Source: an uncultured Alphaproteobacteria bacterium
GTDB lineage: Bacteria > Pseudomonadota > Alphaproteobacteria > Rhizobiales > Xanthobacteraceae
NCBI GenBank assembly: GCA_963718925.1
Contig: CAVRAH010000003.1
Coordinates: 193,979-257,978, forward strand
Direction: 5' to 3'
Length of the DNA stretch: 64,000 nt
The notes under the pieces are model-generated. The model had not been told where the DNA came from. It did no database searches and saw only the letters and a list, made by a program, of their open reading frames with translations. Below are positions 27,556-38,416 of the stretch, one piece after another; position 1 is the first letter of the stretch; each line of letters starts with the position of its first letter. Made by a program: the position numbers and the translations under genes.

Positions 27556-28296
27556 ATGATGTTCGATCTCACTGGCAGGAAGGCGCTCGTCACTGGCGCG
27601 AGCGGGGGCATCGGTGGCGCAATCGCGCAGGCGCTGCACGCGCAGGGCGCGACGGTGGCCGTTTCCGGGACGCGGCGCGAGGCGCTGGACACGCTTGCGG
27701 GGAAGCTGGGCGAGAGGGTTCATGTACTGCCTTGCAATCTCTCCGATGTCGCGGAGGTCGAGGCGCTGGTGCCGTCGGCAGAGCAGGCCATGGGCCAGGT
27801 CGATATTCTCGTCGCCAATGCCGGCATCACGCGGGACAATCTTTTTGTGCAGCTGCGTGACGAGGATTGGGACGAGGTGATCAAGGTCAATCTGACGGCG
27901 ACCTTCCGTTTGGCCCGCGCTGTGACCAAGCTCATGATGCGCAAGCGTTTCGGCCGCATTATCGCGATCACGTCCGTCGTCGGTGTCACCGGCAATCCGG
28001 GCCAGGGCAATTACACCGCGTCGAAGGCCGGACTGATCGGCATGATCAAGACGCTGGGCGCGGAATACGCCAAGCGCAACGTGACCGCCAATTGCATCGC
28101 CCCCGGATTCATCAAAACCCCAATGACCGACGCGCTGAACGAAAAGCAACGCGAAGCGATCCTGTCCAAGATTCCGGCTGCGCAACTCGGAACGCCTGAG
28201 GAAATCGCCGCGGCGGCGGTCTATCTCAGCTCGAACGAAGCGGCATATGTCACGGGACAGACCATTCACGTCAATGGCGGAATGGCCATGATCTGA
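27556..28296 (+). CDS. fabG: 3-oxoacyl-ACP reductase
   Basis: TGASGGIGGAIA. YTASKAG. Sits between fabD and acpP. Confidence 0.95.
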   Translation: MMFDLTGRKALVTGASGGIGGAIAQALHAQGATVAVSGTRREALDTLAGKLGERVHVLPCNLSDVAEVEALVPSAEQAMGQVDILVANAGITRDNLFVQLRDEDWDEVIKVNLTATFRLARAVTKLMMRKRFGRIIAITSVVGVTGNPGQGNYTASKAGLIGMIKTLGAEYAKRNVTANCIAPGFIKTPMTDALNEKQREAILSKIPAAQLGTPEEIAAAAVYLSSNEAAYVTGQTIHVNGGMAMI

Positions 28297-28590
28297 GGTG
28301 CGGCGAATCCCTCTCGGGGAGGCGAAACGCCGCTTGTGGCCGCCAATCAAGGCTTGTAGTCAAGGCTTGGGAAGTATGATAACCGAACCACCGGCGGATG
28401 GGCAAAGAACACCATTGCAGGATATTGAAACCCTGTATATTGGCGATGCGGAGCCTGCCGTCGTTCGCCGGGTCCGTGTCGGCCATGACGGGGCCAAATC
28501 AAGACTATGCGCGATTGCGAAGGAAATTAACGACCACGATGGCTCGTACGTCTTGGGTCGGGTCCAATGGAACAAGCACGAGGTTGAACG

Positions 28591-28830
28591 ATGAGTGAGA
28601 TTGGCGAGCGGGTTAAGAAGATCGTGGTCGAACACCTTGGTGTTGAACCCGAAAAAGTGGTCGACAACGCAAGCTTCATTGACGACCTCGGCGCCGACAG
28701 CCTCGATACCGTCGAGCTTGTGATGGCGTTTGAAGAAGAGTTCGGTTGCGAAATTCCCGACGATGCCGCAGAGACGATTTTGACCGTCGGCGACGCGACA
28801 AAATTCCTCGAAAAGAACGCGAAGAGCTGA
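28591..28830 (+). CDS. acpP: Acyl carrier protein
   Basis: 79 aa. Phosphopantetheine site [12 protein letters not shown]. Confidence 0.97.
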   Translation: MSEIGERVKKIVVEHLGVEPEKVVDNASFIDDLGADSLDTVELVMAFEEEFGCEIPDDAAETILTVGDATKFLEKNAKS

Positions 28831-28855
28831 CGCCCCCGCGCGGTAGTGACGGAGC

Positions 28856-28894
28856 CGGATGGACCGTGATTGCGCGGTCCATCGGCTTGTTGTC
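28856..28894 (+). terminator. Stem-loop (attenuator/terminator) between acpP and fabF
   Basis: gatggaccg-tgattgcg-cggtccatc followed by ggcttgttgt. Confidence 0.4.
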
Positions 28895-28927
28895 AGGGGC
28901 CGCGAATCCTGGGCTGGAGTGGTCAAT

Positions 28928-30193
28928 ATGAGGCGGGTTGTCGTCACGGGCCTCGGCATGGTTACCCCACTTGGCTGTGGCGTCGAGCCGACCTGGAAGC
29001 GCATGCTCAACAGCGAAAGTGGCGCGCGGAAGATTGATACATTTGACGTCTCCGATCTCACCAGCCGGATCGCCTGCGTGATTCCGCGCGGCGACGGCAC
29101 GAACGGCACATTCAATCCCAACCAGTGGATGGAGCCGAAAGATCAGCGCAAGGTCGACGATTTCATCATCTTTGCCATGTGTGCGGCGCGCCAGGCGCTC
29201 GATGATGCGAATTGGCATCCTGTGACCGAAGACGATCGATGCGCTACCGGCACCATGATCGGCTCCGGGATCGGCGGCCTGTCAGGTATCGCCGATACGG
29301 CGCTGCTTCTGAGCGAGCGCGGACCACGCAAGGTATCGCCATTCTTCATTCCTGGGCGCCTGATCAATCTCGCCTCGGGCTATGTGTCGATCGAGCACGG
29401 TCTCAAGGGTCCGAACCATGCCGTGGTGACCGCCTGTTCGACCGGCGCGCACGCGATCGGCGATGCAAGCCGGCTGATCGCGCTCGGGGACGCCGACGTG
29501 ATGGTAGCCGGTGGAACCGAATCGCCGATTTGCCGGCTGGCGATGGCGGGTTTTTGCGCGTCTCGCGCGTTGTCGACCGCTTTCAACGAAACCCCGGAAA
29601 AGGCATCGCGCCCCTACGACAAGGATCGCGACGGCTTTGTGATGGGTGAGGGCGCGGGCGTCGTGGTGCTCGAGGAATACGAGCACGCGAAAAATCGCGG
29701 AGCAAAAATATACGCTGAGATGATCGGCTACGGGTTGTCCGGAGACGCCTATCATATCACCTCGCCGTCGCCGGATGGCGACGGCGCATTCCGCAGCATG
29801 GGCGCCGCCATGAAGCGCGCTGGAATCACTGCTTCGGATATCGACTACATCAACGCGCATGGAACATCGACGCAGGTCGGTGACGAGATCGAACTGGGGG
29901 CTGTGGAGCGTCTGCTGGGCAACGCCGCTTCCAGGGTATCGATGTCGTCGACCAAGTCGTCCACGGGGCATTTGTTGGGTGCTGCGGGCGCGATCGAGAC
30001 GATCTTCAGCATCCTGGCGATTCGCGATAACGTCGCCCCGCCGACGATCAACCTTGAGAACCCGTCGGTGCAAACGGCGATCGATCTCGTCCCGCAGACG
30101 CCGCGCAAGCGCGAAATCAACGTTGTGCTATCGAATTCCTTCGGTTTCGGAGGCACCAACGCGTCCGTAATCTTGCAGCGCGTGGCCAACTGA
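28928..30193 (+). CDS. fabF: Beta-ketoacyl-ACP synthase II
   Basis: MRRVVVTGLGMVTPLG. Active-site ACSTGAH. HGTST. GHLLGAAG. Confidence 0.95.
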   Translation: MRRVVVTGLGMVTPLGCGVEPTWKRMLNSESGARKIDTFDVSDLTSRIACVIPRGDGTNGTFNPNQWMEPKDQRKVDDFIIFAMCAARQALDDANWHPVTEDDRCATGTMIGSGIGGLSGIADTALLLSERGPRKVSPFFIPGRLINLASGYVSIEHGLKGPNHAVVTACSTGAHAIGDASRLIALGDADVMVAGGTESPICRLAMAGFCASRALSTAFNETPEKASRPYDKDRDGFVMGEGAGVVVLEEYEHAKNRGAKIYAEMIGYGLSGDAYHITSPSPDGDGAFRSMGAAMKRAGITASDIDYINAHGTSTQVGDEIELGAVERLLGNAASRVSMSSTKSSTGHLLGAAGAIETIFSILAIRDNVAPPTINLENPSVQTAIDLVPQTPRKREINVVLSNSFGFGGTNASVILQRVAN

Positions 30194-30326
30194 CGCGCGC
30201 CCTATTGAGCAATAGTCCACTGTTTCGCCGCGTTTCGGTGATATTTTTGGATGCGGGCGCAGACTACCGGCCGATGCAGGAATTTTGCGAGGCCACGATC
30301 GAACCGACAGGATTCAGGTTGCATCG

Positions 30327-31586
30327 ATGAGTGAGAGGCCGCCCATTTCGCCACGGAGTCCGCGTGCCGCGCTGGAGCCCGAGCAGGTTCCGCCGCCGCC
30401 AAAGCGATCCGATCGCGCCCGAAATCCATTCGTCGTTGTCGGCAATGCCATTATCACCGTCGTATTGGTTCTGATGATCGGCGCCGGCGGCGCCTACATC
30501 TACGGCAAGCAGAAGATCGAGGCTCCAGGCCCGTTGCAAGAGGACAAGGTCGTCAACATTCCGGCACGGGCGGGAATGACCGACATCGCCGATATCCTGC
30601 AGCGCGAAGGCGTGATCGATAACAATCGCTGGGCATTCATCGGCAGCGTGTTTGCGCTGAAGGCGCGTTCTGACCTGAAGCCCGGCGAATATCTGTTTCA
30701 GAAAAACGCCAGTTTGCGCGATGTCATAGGCACCATCGTGGAAGGCAAGGTGGTTCAGCACGCCGTCACTATTCCTGAGGGGTTGACCTCCGAACAGATC
30801 GTGGCCCGGCTTTCCGAAAACGACATCTTCTCCGGTTCGGTGCGTGAGGTGCCGCGCGAAGGCACGTTATTGCCGGAAACCTACAAATTTCCGCGCGGCA
30901 CCCCGCGCGACCAAGTGATCGCGCGCATGCAGCAGGCGCAAAAGCGCGTGCTCGCGGAGATCTGGGACCGCCGCAATCCGGATATTCCGATCAAGACGCC
31001 GGAGCAGCTGGTTACGCTGGCCTCCATCGTCGAAAAGGAAACCGGCAAGGCGGACGAGCGCAGCCGGGTTGCCGCAGTATTTGTCAACCGGTTGCGGCAG
31101 AAAATAAAGCTGCAGTCGGATCCGACCATCATCTACGGCCTGGTCGGCGGCAAGGGGACGCTGGGCCGGCCGATCAAGCGCAGCGAAATCCAGCAGCCGT
31201 CGCCCTACAACACCTATGTGGTTGACGGCCTTCCGCCTGGTCCCATCGCCAATCCGGGGCGGGCCTCCCTGGAGGCGGCTGCCAATCCCGCGCGAACCCG
31301 CGACCTGTTCTTTGTCGCCGACGGTAGCGGCGGTCATGCCTTCAGCGACACATACGACCAGCACCAGAAGAACGTCGCCAAACTTCGGGCGATGGAAAAG
31401 CAGATTCAGAACGATACGGTCGAGCCGGCTGACGAAGCCGCGCCGGCCGCAGCGGCGCCGGCCGACGCCAACCCAACGGCCACGACGCCAAAGCCGGCCC
31501 CGGCAAGGAAGCCGGCGCGGAGTGCGTCCCCGGCCCGGCAGGGCGCGGCACAATCGACGCTGTCGCCCCCGGTGGTTCAGCGATAG
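30327..31586 (+). CDS. mltG: Endolytic murein transglycosylase MltG (YceG family) with a Pro/Ala-rich C-terminal extension
   Basis: N-terminal TM segment. YceG motifs (ASIVEKET, SPYNTY). Start chosen at MSERPP. Confidence 0.88.
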   Translation: MSERPPISPRSPRAALEPEQVPPPPKRSDRARNPFVVVGNAIITVVLVLMIGAGGAYIYGKQKIEAPGPLQEDKVVNIPARAGMTDIADILQREGVIDNNRWAFIGSVFALKARSDLKPGEYLFQKNASLRDVIGTIVEGKVVQHAVTIPEGLTSEQIVARLSENDIFSGSVREVPREGTLLPETYKFPRGTPRDQVIARMQQAQKRVLAEIWDRRNPDIPIKTPEQLVTLASIVEKETGKADERSRVAAVFVNRLRQKIKLQSDPTIIYGLVGGKGTLGRPIKRSEIQQPSPYNTYVVDGLPPGPIANPGRASLEAAANPARTRDLFFVADGSGGHAFSDTYDQHQKNVAKLRAMEKQIQNDTVEPADEAAPAAAAPADANPTATTPKPAPARKPARSASPARQGAAQSTLSPPVVQR

Positions 31587-31696
31587 GGCGTACGGGCCGG
31601 TACCAAATTCCACTTTTGCCTAATACGCGCTAAGCTCGCCCAGTTCTTGGCTTGCGAATCTTAAGCCCGTACCCCTTATCCGGAGAGTTTTACGCG

Positions 31697-32584
31697 ATGG
31701 CACTGTCGAGCATGACGGGCTTTGCCCGAAGCAACGGCGCCAGCGGACCGTACGCTTTCGAATGGGAGTTAAAGTCGGTTAATGCCAAGGGCTTCGACCT
31801 TCGGATGCGGCTGCCGGCGGGATGGGACGATCTAGAGGCCTTCGTCAAGAAGCGCGCCGGTGAAGTGCTGTCGCGGGGCACGGTGTACGCCAATTTGAAC
31901 GTCAAGCGCACCAACCCGGCGTCGGCAGTCCGCGTCAACGAAGAGGTTCTGGCGTCGATCGTGAGGGTTGCGGGCGTGCTAGCCGGCAAGATCGACGCAG
32001 TGGCGCCAAGCATCGATGGGCTCTTGGGCATCAAAGGCGTCATCGAAGTTGTCGAGCCGGAAAGCGACGAGGCGGAAGACAAGGCTGCCAAGGCTGCTGC
32101 TGCAGCGGCATTCGAGCAGGCGCTCGCCAATCTCGTCGAAATGCGACAGCGCGAGGGCGTCTCGCTCGGCCAGGTCCTGTCGCAGCGAATGGATGAGATC
32201 GAGCGTCTGGCGAAGCGGGCCGAGGCCGCGCCAGGCCGCAAACCCGACGCGATCAAGGCCCGGCTCGCCGAGCAGATCGCGGCGTTGCTCGAATCATCCG
32301 ACCGTTTCGACCCCGATCGGCTCAATCAGGAGGCGCTTCTGATCGCGGCAAAGGCCGACATCCGTGAGGAACTGGATCGAATCGCCTCCCACATCGCGCA
32401 GGCTCGCGAGATGATCGCGAAGGGCGGCCCGGTCGGGCGGCGATTGGACTTCCTGGCGCAGGAATTCCATCGCGAGGTCAATACCTGCTGCTCCAAGTCC
32501 AACGATCTCGAATTGACCAATACCGGTCTTGCAATGAAGAACGTGGTGGAGCAATTCCGCGAACAGGTCCAGAATTTGGAGTAA
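31697..32584 (+). CDS. YicC-family stress-induced protein
   Basis: MALSSMTGFARS.. and the C-terminal DUF1732 motif EFHREVNTCCSKSND. Confidence 0.88.
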   Translation: MALSSMTGFARSNGASGPYAFEWELKSVNAKGFDLRMRLPAGWDDLEAFVKKRAGEVLSRGTVYANLNVKRTNPASAVRVNEEVLASIVRVAGVLAGKIDAVAPSIDGLLGIKGVIEVVEPESDEAEDKAAKAAAAAAFEQALANLVEMRQREGVSLGQVLSQRMDEIERLAKRAEAAPGRKPDAIKARLAEQIAALLESSDRFDPDRLNQEALLIAAKADIREELDRIASHIAQAREMIAKGGPVGRRLDFLAQEFHREVNTCCSKSNDLELTNTGLAMKNVVEQFREQVQNLE

Positions 32585-32587
32585 GGC

Positions 32588-33247
32588 ATGGCGGCGGCTG
32601 GTCACGGCTTTGACAGGGTTGAACGGCGCGGATTGATGTTCGTGCTGTCGTCGCCATCGGGCGCGGGCAAGACCACGCTGTCGCGTCTGTTGATCGAGCG
32701 GACGCCCGGCCTGAAGATGTCGGTGTCGGCGACGACGCGGCCGATGCGGCCCGGCGAAGTCGATGGCCGCGACTACCTGTTTGTCGACAAATCCAGATTC
32801 GAACAGATGGCAAAGCGGGATGAACTGCTCGAATGGGCGACCGTGTTCGACAATCGCTACGGCACGCCGCGCGTGCCGGTCGAGGCCGCGCTGTCGGCAG
32901 GACAAGATGTGCTGTTCGACATAGACTGGCAAGGCACCCAGCAACTGCGGGAAAAGGCCCGGGCGGACGTTGTCAGCGTGTTCATCCTGCCGCCGTCGGC
33001 CGCCGATCTCGAAAAGCGGCTTCATAGCCGCGCACAGGATAGCGATACGGTCATACGCGGGCGCATGAGCCGCGCATCGCATGAATTAAGCCATTGGGCG
33101 GAGTACGACTATATCGTCATCAACCACGATATTGATGAGGCGTTCGCCGAGGTTCAGTCGATCCTGAAGGCCGAGCGGCTCAAGCGCGAGCGCCGCACCG
33201 GCTTGACGACGTTCGTGCGGGAACTGCAGCGGCAACTGGAGAATTAG
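32588..33247 (+). CDS. gmk: Guanylate kinase
   Basis: P-loop SSPSGAGKTTL and a conserved GMP-binding region. Confidence 0.95.
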   Translation: MAAAGHGFDRVERRGLMFVLSSPSGAGKTTLSRLLIERTPGLKMSVSATTRPMRPGEVDGRDYLFVDKSRFEQMAKRDELLEWATVFDNRYGTPRVPVEAALSAGQDVLFDIDWQGTQQLREKARADVVSVFILPPSAADLEKRLHSRAQDSDTVIRGRMSRASHELSHWAEYDYIVINHDIDEAFAEVQSILKAERLKRERRTGLTTFVRELQRQLEN

Positions 33248-33254
33248 CCCAACG

Positions 33255-34181
33255 TCACGTTGGCGATCGTCTGGACATCCGCGAGAGGAATTCCGTCATC
33301 CCGTCGTCGGGGTCGCCGGCGTCGAGCCCTCGGGAAAATCGAGGCCGGAGCGGGATAACATCCGCGTCAGGATAATCCGATAGCGCGATACGATCGTCGT
33401 CGGTTTGCTCCCAGACCGGACGCCGACGCGCACGAATTGAATTTCGTCGCGGGCCGCGCGCGCGGCTAAATTTGAAGAAGAGGCCTGCCACGATGCTACC
33501 GAGAGCAAGAGGTCCAACAGCAGCGACGAACCACCTTGGGATCGGGCCGGGCTGACTTTGCGAAGAAGAATCCGCGGTGGCCAGAGTACCCGCGGCGACG
33601 GCGGGCGCCGGCGCAGCCATGGAATTTGCCGGCATGTCGGCCGCCAAACTGCTTGCCGGCCGAGGAGTGGGTGCGGAGCCTATGCTCGACGGGTCGAGCC
33701 AGCGCGAAGCCACGACAGTCGACGCCGTGTTCTTATCCGCAGCACTCGCTCGCGGGGTATCGTTCAACGCCGGCGCAACCGCGGGCCAAGGGCTATTTGG
33801 TCCGTCATTGCGGTTCGTGTGCGGGGGTAGTTCGGCGCGGGCATCGGCGACAGATCGTTGCATTCCCGCATCTGCTTGCGGCGCGGGCGGCTGCGCCGAC
33901 GGCGAGGCTTTCTGGGGGGCAGCTTGCTGAGGCGCAATTTGCATAGGGGCAGCTTGCGAGACCTTGTCGCCCTCCTCACGGAGATACCAGCATTGGCGAT
34001 TGGTAGAGTGATCGATGCGGTAATGCCAATGGCTGCCCGGGGGCGTGTGGCCCTTCGGACCGGAAAGGCAGTTGTCAGCCGCGACCGTCTCGCTGTGCGA
34101 TGTTGTTGTGACCAGGGCGCCGACGAGAATGCCGGCGAAAACGGCTGACACGAATTTCGCGGTTCGGTTTGGCATGAGCAT
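33255..34181 (-). CDS. Hypothetical single-pass membrane protein (Cys-containing N-terminal domain, Pro/Ala-rich linker, TM segment, charged tail)
   Basis: 308 aa. Signal or anchor sequence. CLSGPKGHTPPGSHWHYRIDHSTNRQCWYLREE. TM segment WFVAAVGPLALGSIVAGLFF. Confidence 0.6.
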   Translation of the reverse strand: MLMPNRTAKFVSAVFAGILVGALVTTTSHSETVAADNCLSGPKGHTPPGSHWHYRIDHSTNRQCWYLREEGDKVSQAAPMQIAPQQAAPQKASPSAQPPAPQADAGMQRSVADARAELPPHTNRNDGPNSPWPAVAPALNDTPRASAADKNTASTVVASRWLDPSSIGSAPTPRPASSLAADMPANSMAAPAPAVAAGTLATADSSSQSQPGPIPRWFVAAVGPLALGSIVAGLFFKFSRARGPRRNSIRARRRPVWEQTDDDRIALSDYPDADVIPLRPRFSRGLDAGDPDDGMTEFLSRMSRRSPT

Positions 34182-34424
34182 CTCCTACGCAATACTTTGC
34201 CCGCCAAATCTCCTCAAAAACTTGGGTCGCAATGCGCCGCAAATCCGGACAGCATGGGGCTTAATTCGGGCTCGCCCCCGTCGCCCTGAAGCCTCCTGAA
34301 AAACAGTTGTTGGTGCTATTGTTTCGACGAGGCCCGGCACCCGGCGCATCGATCGCTTGAACGTACCCGAGCCGCCGCGGCCGGAAACATGGCCGGAACC
34401 GGCGAGGCGACGAAGCCCTCCGCC

Positions 34425-35483
34425 TCAGTTCTTCAGCACAATCCGTCCCACGACCTTTCCAGCCCGCAAGGCGTCGATCCATTTCTGGACGTCTGCCATC
34501 GGCTCCTCCTTCATCGGGGTCGGCTTGATCTTCCCGGCGCGTGCCAGCGCCATCAACTCCTGCGCCTCGGCCAGCGTCCCCACCATGAAGCCCTCGATGG
34601 TCATGCGCTTGTAGACCCATTGTACCATCGGCAGGCTGAAATTGCCGCCCATCAATCCGGAAACCACGATCTTGCCGCCGCGGGCGAGTACGGAAACCGC
34701 AAACGCCATCGACTTCTCGTTGCCGGCGAAATCGACGACTTCGTCAAAACCCCCTTCGGTTTCCCTGAGGATGCGCTTGACCACGTCTGCTTCGGAAGGA
34801 TCGTAAGCGACGGTGGCGCCGTTCTGCAGCGCCGTTTCGCGCGCGGCGGGACTTAAATCCGCCACCGATATCTTTTGCTTGAACATGGCATGGGCAAAGG
34901 CCAGCCCCATCATGCCGACGCCGCCGAGCCCGATGAGAAGCAGGTTGCGCTGCCGTGGCCGGTCGACCAAGCGCTTCAGCGCACCGTAGGCAGTCACACC
35001 GGAGCACATCAGGGTCGCCGCCTGATTGACCGGCAGCGGATCATAATCCAGCAGGTATTTTGCGTCGGGCACCAAGACATGGCTTGCAAAGCCACCGTCG
35101 ATGGTGACGCCGAGAAAGCGCTGTTTGGCGCAGAGATTTTCATCGCCCTGGAGACAGTCGCGGCATTGGCCGCAGCCGATCCAGGGGAATACCGCTTTCC
35201 TTGCGCCGACCAGCTCCCTTGGCACATCGGGACCGACTTCCTCGACGATCCCGGCGATCTCGTGCCCCAGCGTGAACGGCAACGTCATGCCGCGCGTGGT
35301 GTCGAGCTTCTTGCCGCCGCCGAGATCAGCGTAGCCGTCCTGGATATGAAGGTCGGAATGGCACAGTCCGCAGCGCTCGATCCGGACCAGGACTTCCTTG
35401 CCCATCGGCTTCGGTGTCTCGACGATGGTTTCGCACAGCGGCGCATCGAATTTGACAAGCGACTGACGGCGCATGAGCGACAT
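34425..35483 (-). CDS. Zinc-dependent alcohol dehydrogenase-family oxidoreductase
   Basis: CGLCHSDLH, GHEIAG, structural-Zn Cys cluster CGQCRDC, and GLGGVG. Confidence 0.9.
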   Translation of the reverse strand: MSLMRRQSLVKFDAPLCETIVETPKPMGKEVLVRIERCGLCHSDLHIQDGYADLGGGKKLDTTRGMTLPFTLGHEIAGIVEEVGPDVPRELVGARKAVFPWIGCGQCRDCLQGDENLCAKQRFLGVTIDGGFASHVLVPDAKYLLDYDPLPVNQAATLMCSGVTAYGALKRLVDRPRQRNLLLIGLGGVGMMGLAFAHAMFKQKISVADLSPAARETALQNGATVAYDPSEADVVKRILRETEGGFDEVVDFAGNEKSMAFAVSVLARGGKIVVSGLMGGNFSLPMVQWVYKRMTIEGFMVGTLAEAQELMALARAGKIKPTPMKEEPMADVQKWIDALRAGKVVGRIVLKN

Positions 35484-35505
35484 GGATTTCCTCCTCGGGG
35501 GACCT

Positions 35506-36360
35506 TCAATTTCTGCTGCGTATATTGGTCAATTCGCGGGCCATGGCAACAAAGCCGCTCACCGGAACGGTTTCGGCGCGCCGGGTCAAATCGACCTGCG
35601 CCGCCGCGGCCAGCCGGGCCGGATCGACCGCCAATGATTTGAGGCTCTGCCGCAACATCTTTCGCCGTTGTCCGAATGCCGCCGCCGCCACCTGCTCCAG
35701 CGCGCGGCGGTCGCACGCCTCCGGGGCAGGGCGGGGCACCAATCGCACCACCGATGAGGTGACCTTGGGTTGCGGCACGAAAGCGGCCGGAGAAATATCG
35801 AACAGGATTTTTGTCTCAGCACGCCAGTTCGCCAGGACGCCCAGCCGCCCATAGGCTTCATCGTTCTCGCGCGCGACGATGCGTTCGGCCACTTCGCGCT
35901 GAAACATCAGCACCATCATGTCGTACCAGGGTGGCCACGGTTCGATCGACAACCAGTCGATCAGCAGTGCGGTCGCGATGTTGTAAGGCAGGTTGGCGAC
36001 GATTTTTGCGCGGGTGGCCCCAAGCAGCGGCCGCGGATCGAAATGCTGCGCGTCGGTGCAGACGATCTCCAGGCGCCCCGGATATCGCCTTGAAATCTCC
36101 TCGAGGGCCGGGAGGGCGCGCTGGTCGCGCTCCACCGCGATCACATGCCGGGCGCCCAGCGCCAGCAAAGCGCGCGTCAATCCACCCGGACCGGGACCGA
36201 TCTCGACGACGGTTGCGTCCTCAAGGGGCCCCGCGGCACGGGCGATCCGCGCCGTGAGGTTGAGGTCCAGCAGGAAATTCTGGCCGAGCGATTTGCGAGC
36301 TGACAGGGCATGCTGGCGAATGACCTCGCGAAGCGGCGGAAGGTCATCGATCGCGCTCAT
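35506..36360 (-). CDS. rsmA: 16S rRNA (adenine1518/1519-N6)-dimethyltransferase
   Basis: [27 protein letters not shown]. Confidence 0.95.
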   Translation of the reverse strand: MSAIDDLPPLREVIRQHALSARKSLGQNFLLDLNLTARIARAAGPLEDATVVEIGPGPGGLTRALLALGARHVIAVERDQRALPALEEISRRYPGRLEIVCTDAQHFDPRPLLGATRAKIVANLPYNIATALLIDWLSIEPWPPWYDMMVLMFQREVAERIVARENDEAYGRLGVLANWRAETKILFDISPAAFVPQPKVTSSVVRLVPRPAPEACDRRALEQVAAAAFGQRRKMLRQSLKSLAVDPARLAAAAQVDLTRRAETVPVSGFVAMARELTNIRSRN

Positions 36361-37361
36361 GCCGGCTGGGCCGTCGCCATGCGGGCGGCCAGCCGTAGCG
36401 CAGCGATCAGGCTCGATGGGTTCGCCTTGCCGGTTCCGGCAATGTCAAAGGCGGTGCCATGATCGGGCGATGTCCGAATGAACGGTAATCCCAGCGTCAC
36501 GTTGACGGCGTCCTCGAATGCCAGTGTCTTGACCGGGATCAGCGCCTGATCGTGATACATGCAGATCGCGCAATCATAGGTTTGGCGCGCCGCCTCGTGG
36601 AACATGGTGTCCGCCGGCAGCGGTCCCCTGATCGCGATGCCTTCGCCGCGCAGGATGTCGACGGCGGGCGCTACGATGGTTTTGTCCTCCGTACCAAGCG
36701 AGCCGTCTTCGCCGGCGTGCGGATTGAGACCGGATACGGCGAGGCGTGGATTGGCAACGCCGAAGCGGGCTTTCAAAGCCGCCACCACGATGCGGGCCGT
36801 CGTGACGATCAACTCGCTGGAAAGCTGCGCCAGCGCATCACGCAGCGAAACATGGATCGTCACGGGCACCACGACGAGGGCAGGGGACCACAGCATCATG
36901 ACCGGCTGCGGCGTATGGCCTCCCGTCGCCGCGAGCTCGGCGAGATATTCGGTATGCCCGGGGTGCCGAAACCCGGCGCGATAGAGAACGTTCTTGGCGA
37001 TCGGATTGGTCACCACAGCGCTGGCCCGTCCGGCGATGACGTCGCCCACAGCCTGGCGAATCGACGCCATGGCGGCGTCGGCGCTCGTGCCGTCAGGGGT
37101 ACCCGGCTGGGCCGTTGCCGGATGGCCGGTCGCCACCACCGGCAGAGCGTTGGCGAAGGCATCGCATGCCTCCTCCGCGCGAACCTCGGCGAGCCTGAGA
37201 TCGAGTCCAAGCGCCTTTACCCGATGACGGAGGCAGTCGGGATCGCCGAGCAGATAGAATGCCGGGAGCTTCAGCTCATTGCGGCGGAGCCACGCCTTGA
37301 TAGTGATGTCGGGCCCGATACCTGCGGGTTCGCCTGATGTCAGCGCGAGAGGCTTGGCCAT
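36357..37361 (-). CDS. pdxA: 4-hydroxythreonine-4-phosphate dehydrogenase
   Basis: 334 aa. [27 protein letters not shown]. Overlaps the rsmA start by 4 nt. Confidence 0.95.
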   Translation of the reverse strand: MAKPLALTSGEPAGIGPDITIKAWLRRNELKLPAFYLLGDPDCLRHRVKALGLDLRLAEVRAEEACDAFANALPVVATGHPATAQPGTPDGTSADAAMASIRQAVGDVIAGRASAVVTNPIAKNVLYRAGFRHPGHTEYLAELAATGGHTPQPVMMLWSPALVVVPVTIHVSLRDALAQLSSELIVTTARIVVAALKARFGVANPRLAVSGLNPHAGEDGSLGTEDKTIVAPAVDILRGEGIAIRGPLPADTMFHEAARQTYDCAICMYHDQALIPVKTLAFEDAVNVTLGLPFIRTSPDHGTAFDIAGTGKANPSSLIAALRLAARMATAQPA

Positions 37362-37378
37362 GCGTCAACGATATTCGA

Positions 37379-38338
37379 TCATCGCGTCTCCGGGGACCGA
37401 TATTCGATCATCGCCGCTCTGCGAACTTCCTGCAGGTACGATTTCGACTTAGCCTCGTATTTTTGGGCATACATCTTTTCCCGAATCTCTTTCTTCTTCG
37501 GGGTGTCGACCGTGGTCGGGTCCCGTGCGCACAGTGCAACCATCTCCACGCCCTGTTTGGTCACCTCGGGCGGGGTCAAATGGCCGATTGGAGTGCCGTC
37601 GAGCACTTCACGAAGCGAAGCCGGTATGTCGGCCGAGGTCTTGACCACGGCCTCGCGTATCGCGGCGTTTTGCATCGACTTGAAGAACGCGTTCGCCTCC
37701 GCACAGGTCTGTATGCGCGCGCGCAGTGCCTCGGCCTCCTTTTTTCTCGTTTCGAGGGCGTCGGCCGCAGATCCCCGCGGCACGATCAGCACGATCGGCT
37801 GCATCTTGTATTCGAAACTCTGGGCGTCGGATTTCTGCTCGTCGCCACCCTCTTCCTGGAGTTTTTGGTTGACGTCTTTTTCGCCGACCTGGAGGCTTTC
37901 CTTGTAGCGGCCGCGGACCAGATTGGTCCAAACCATATCCGCTTTCACACGCTCCTTCAGCGTGTCAGGGCGAATGCCCTGGCTTTCCAGCGATTTCGTC
38001 AACTGGTCGGCCGTGATTCGCATTCGCGAGGCCATCGCGCCGTAGGACTGATCGATATCGGCGGCCGAAGGGTCGATGCCGAATTTCTTCGCCTCCCTGA
38101 TCTTCACCTTTTCGTCGATCAGCTCGTCGATCACCTGCTGTCGGTCCGCAGGCTTGTGCGTGCTCAGCGAGATCAGCTTGCCGCGCTGCTCGATATCGTA
38201 ATTGGTGATGGGCTCGCCGTTGACCATGACGGCGACTTGGGCGTGCACCGGAGAGCAGGATCCGATCAAGACAAGAGCCGCGCAGCAACCCAGCGCGAGA
38301 GCCGCAAGCTGACGGAAGAATGTAATGGCCATGGTCAT
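37379..38338 (-). CDS. SurA-like periplasmic chaperone / peptidyl-prolyl isomerase family protein
   Basis: Signal peptide MTMAITFF..SPVHAQ. SurA N-terminal-domain-like sequence. Conserved lptD-surA-pdxA-rsmA context. The ORF stays open to 38404. Confidence 0.8.
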   Translation of the reverse strand: MTMAITFFRQLAALALGCCAALVLIGSCSPVHAQVAVMVNGEPITNYDIEQRGKLISLSTHKPADRQQVIDELIDEKVKIREAKKFGIDPSAADIDQSYGAMASRMRITADQLTKSLESQGIRPDTLKERVKADMVWTNLVRGRYKESLQVGEKDVNQKLQEEGGDEQKSDAQSFEYKMQPIVLIVPRGSAADALETRKKEAEALRARIQTCAEANAFFKSMQNAAIREAVVKTSADIPASLREVLDGTPIGHLTPPEVTKQGVEMVALCARDPTTVDTPKKKEIREKMYAQKYEAKSKSYLQEVRRAAMIEYRSPETR

Positions 38339-38416
38339 ATTCGCTACGTTAGCCGGTCCTGGTTGGGCAACGCTGCGCCGGAAATTGGCTCGCCGGGAAC
38401 GCACCCGGTTCCGGTC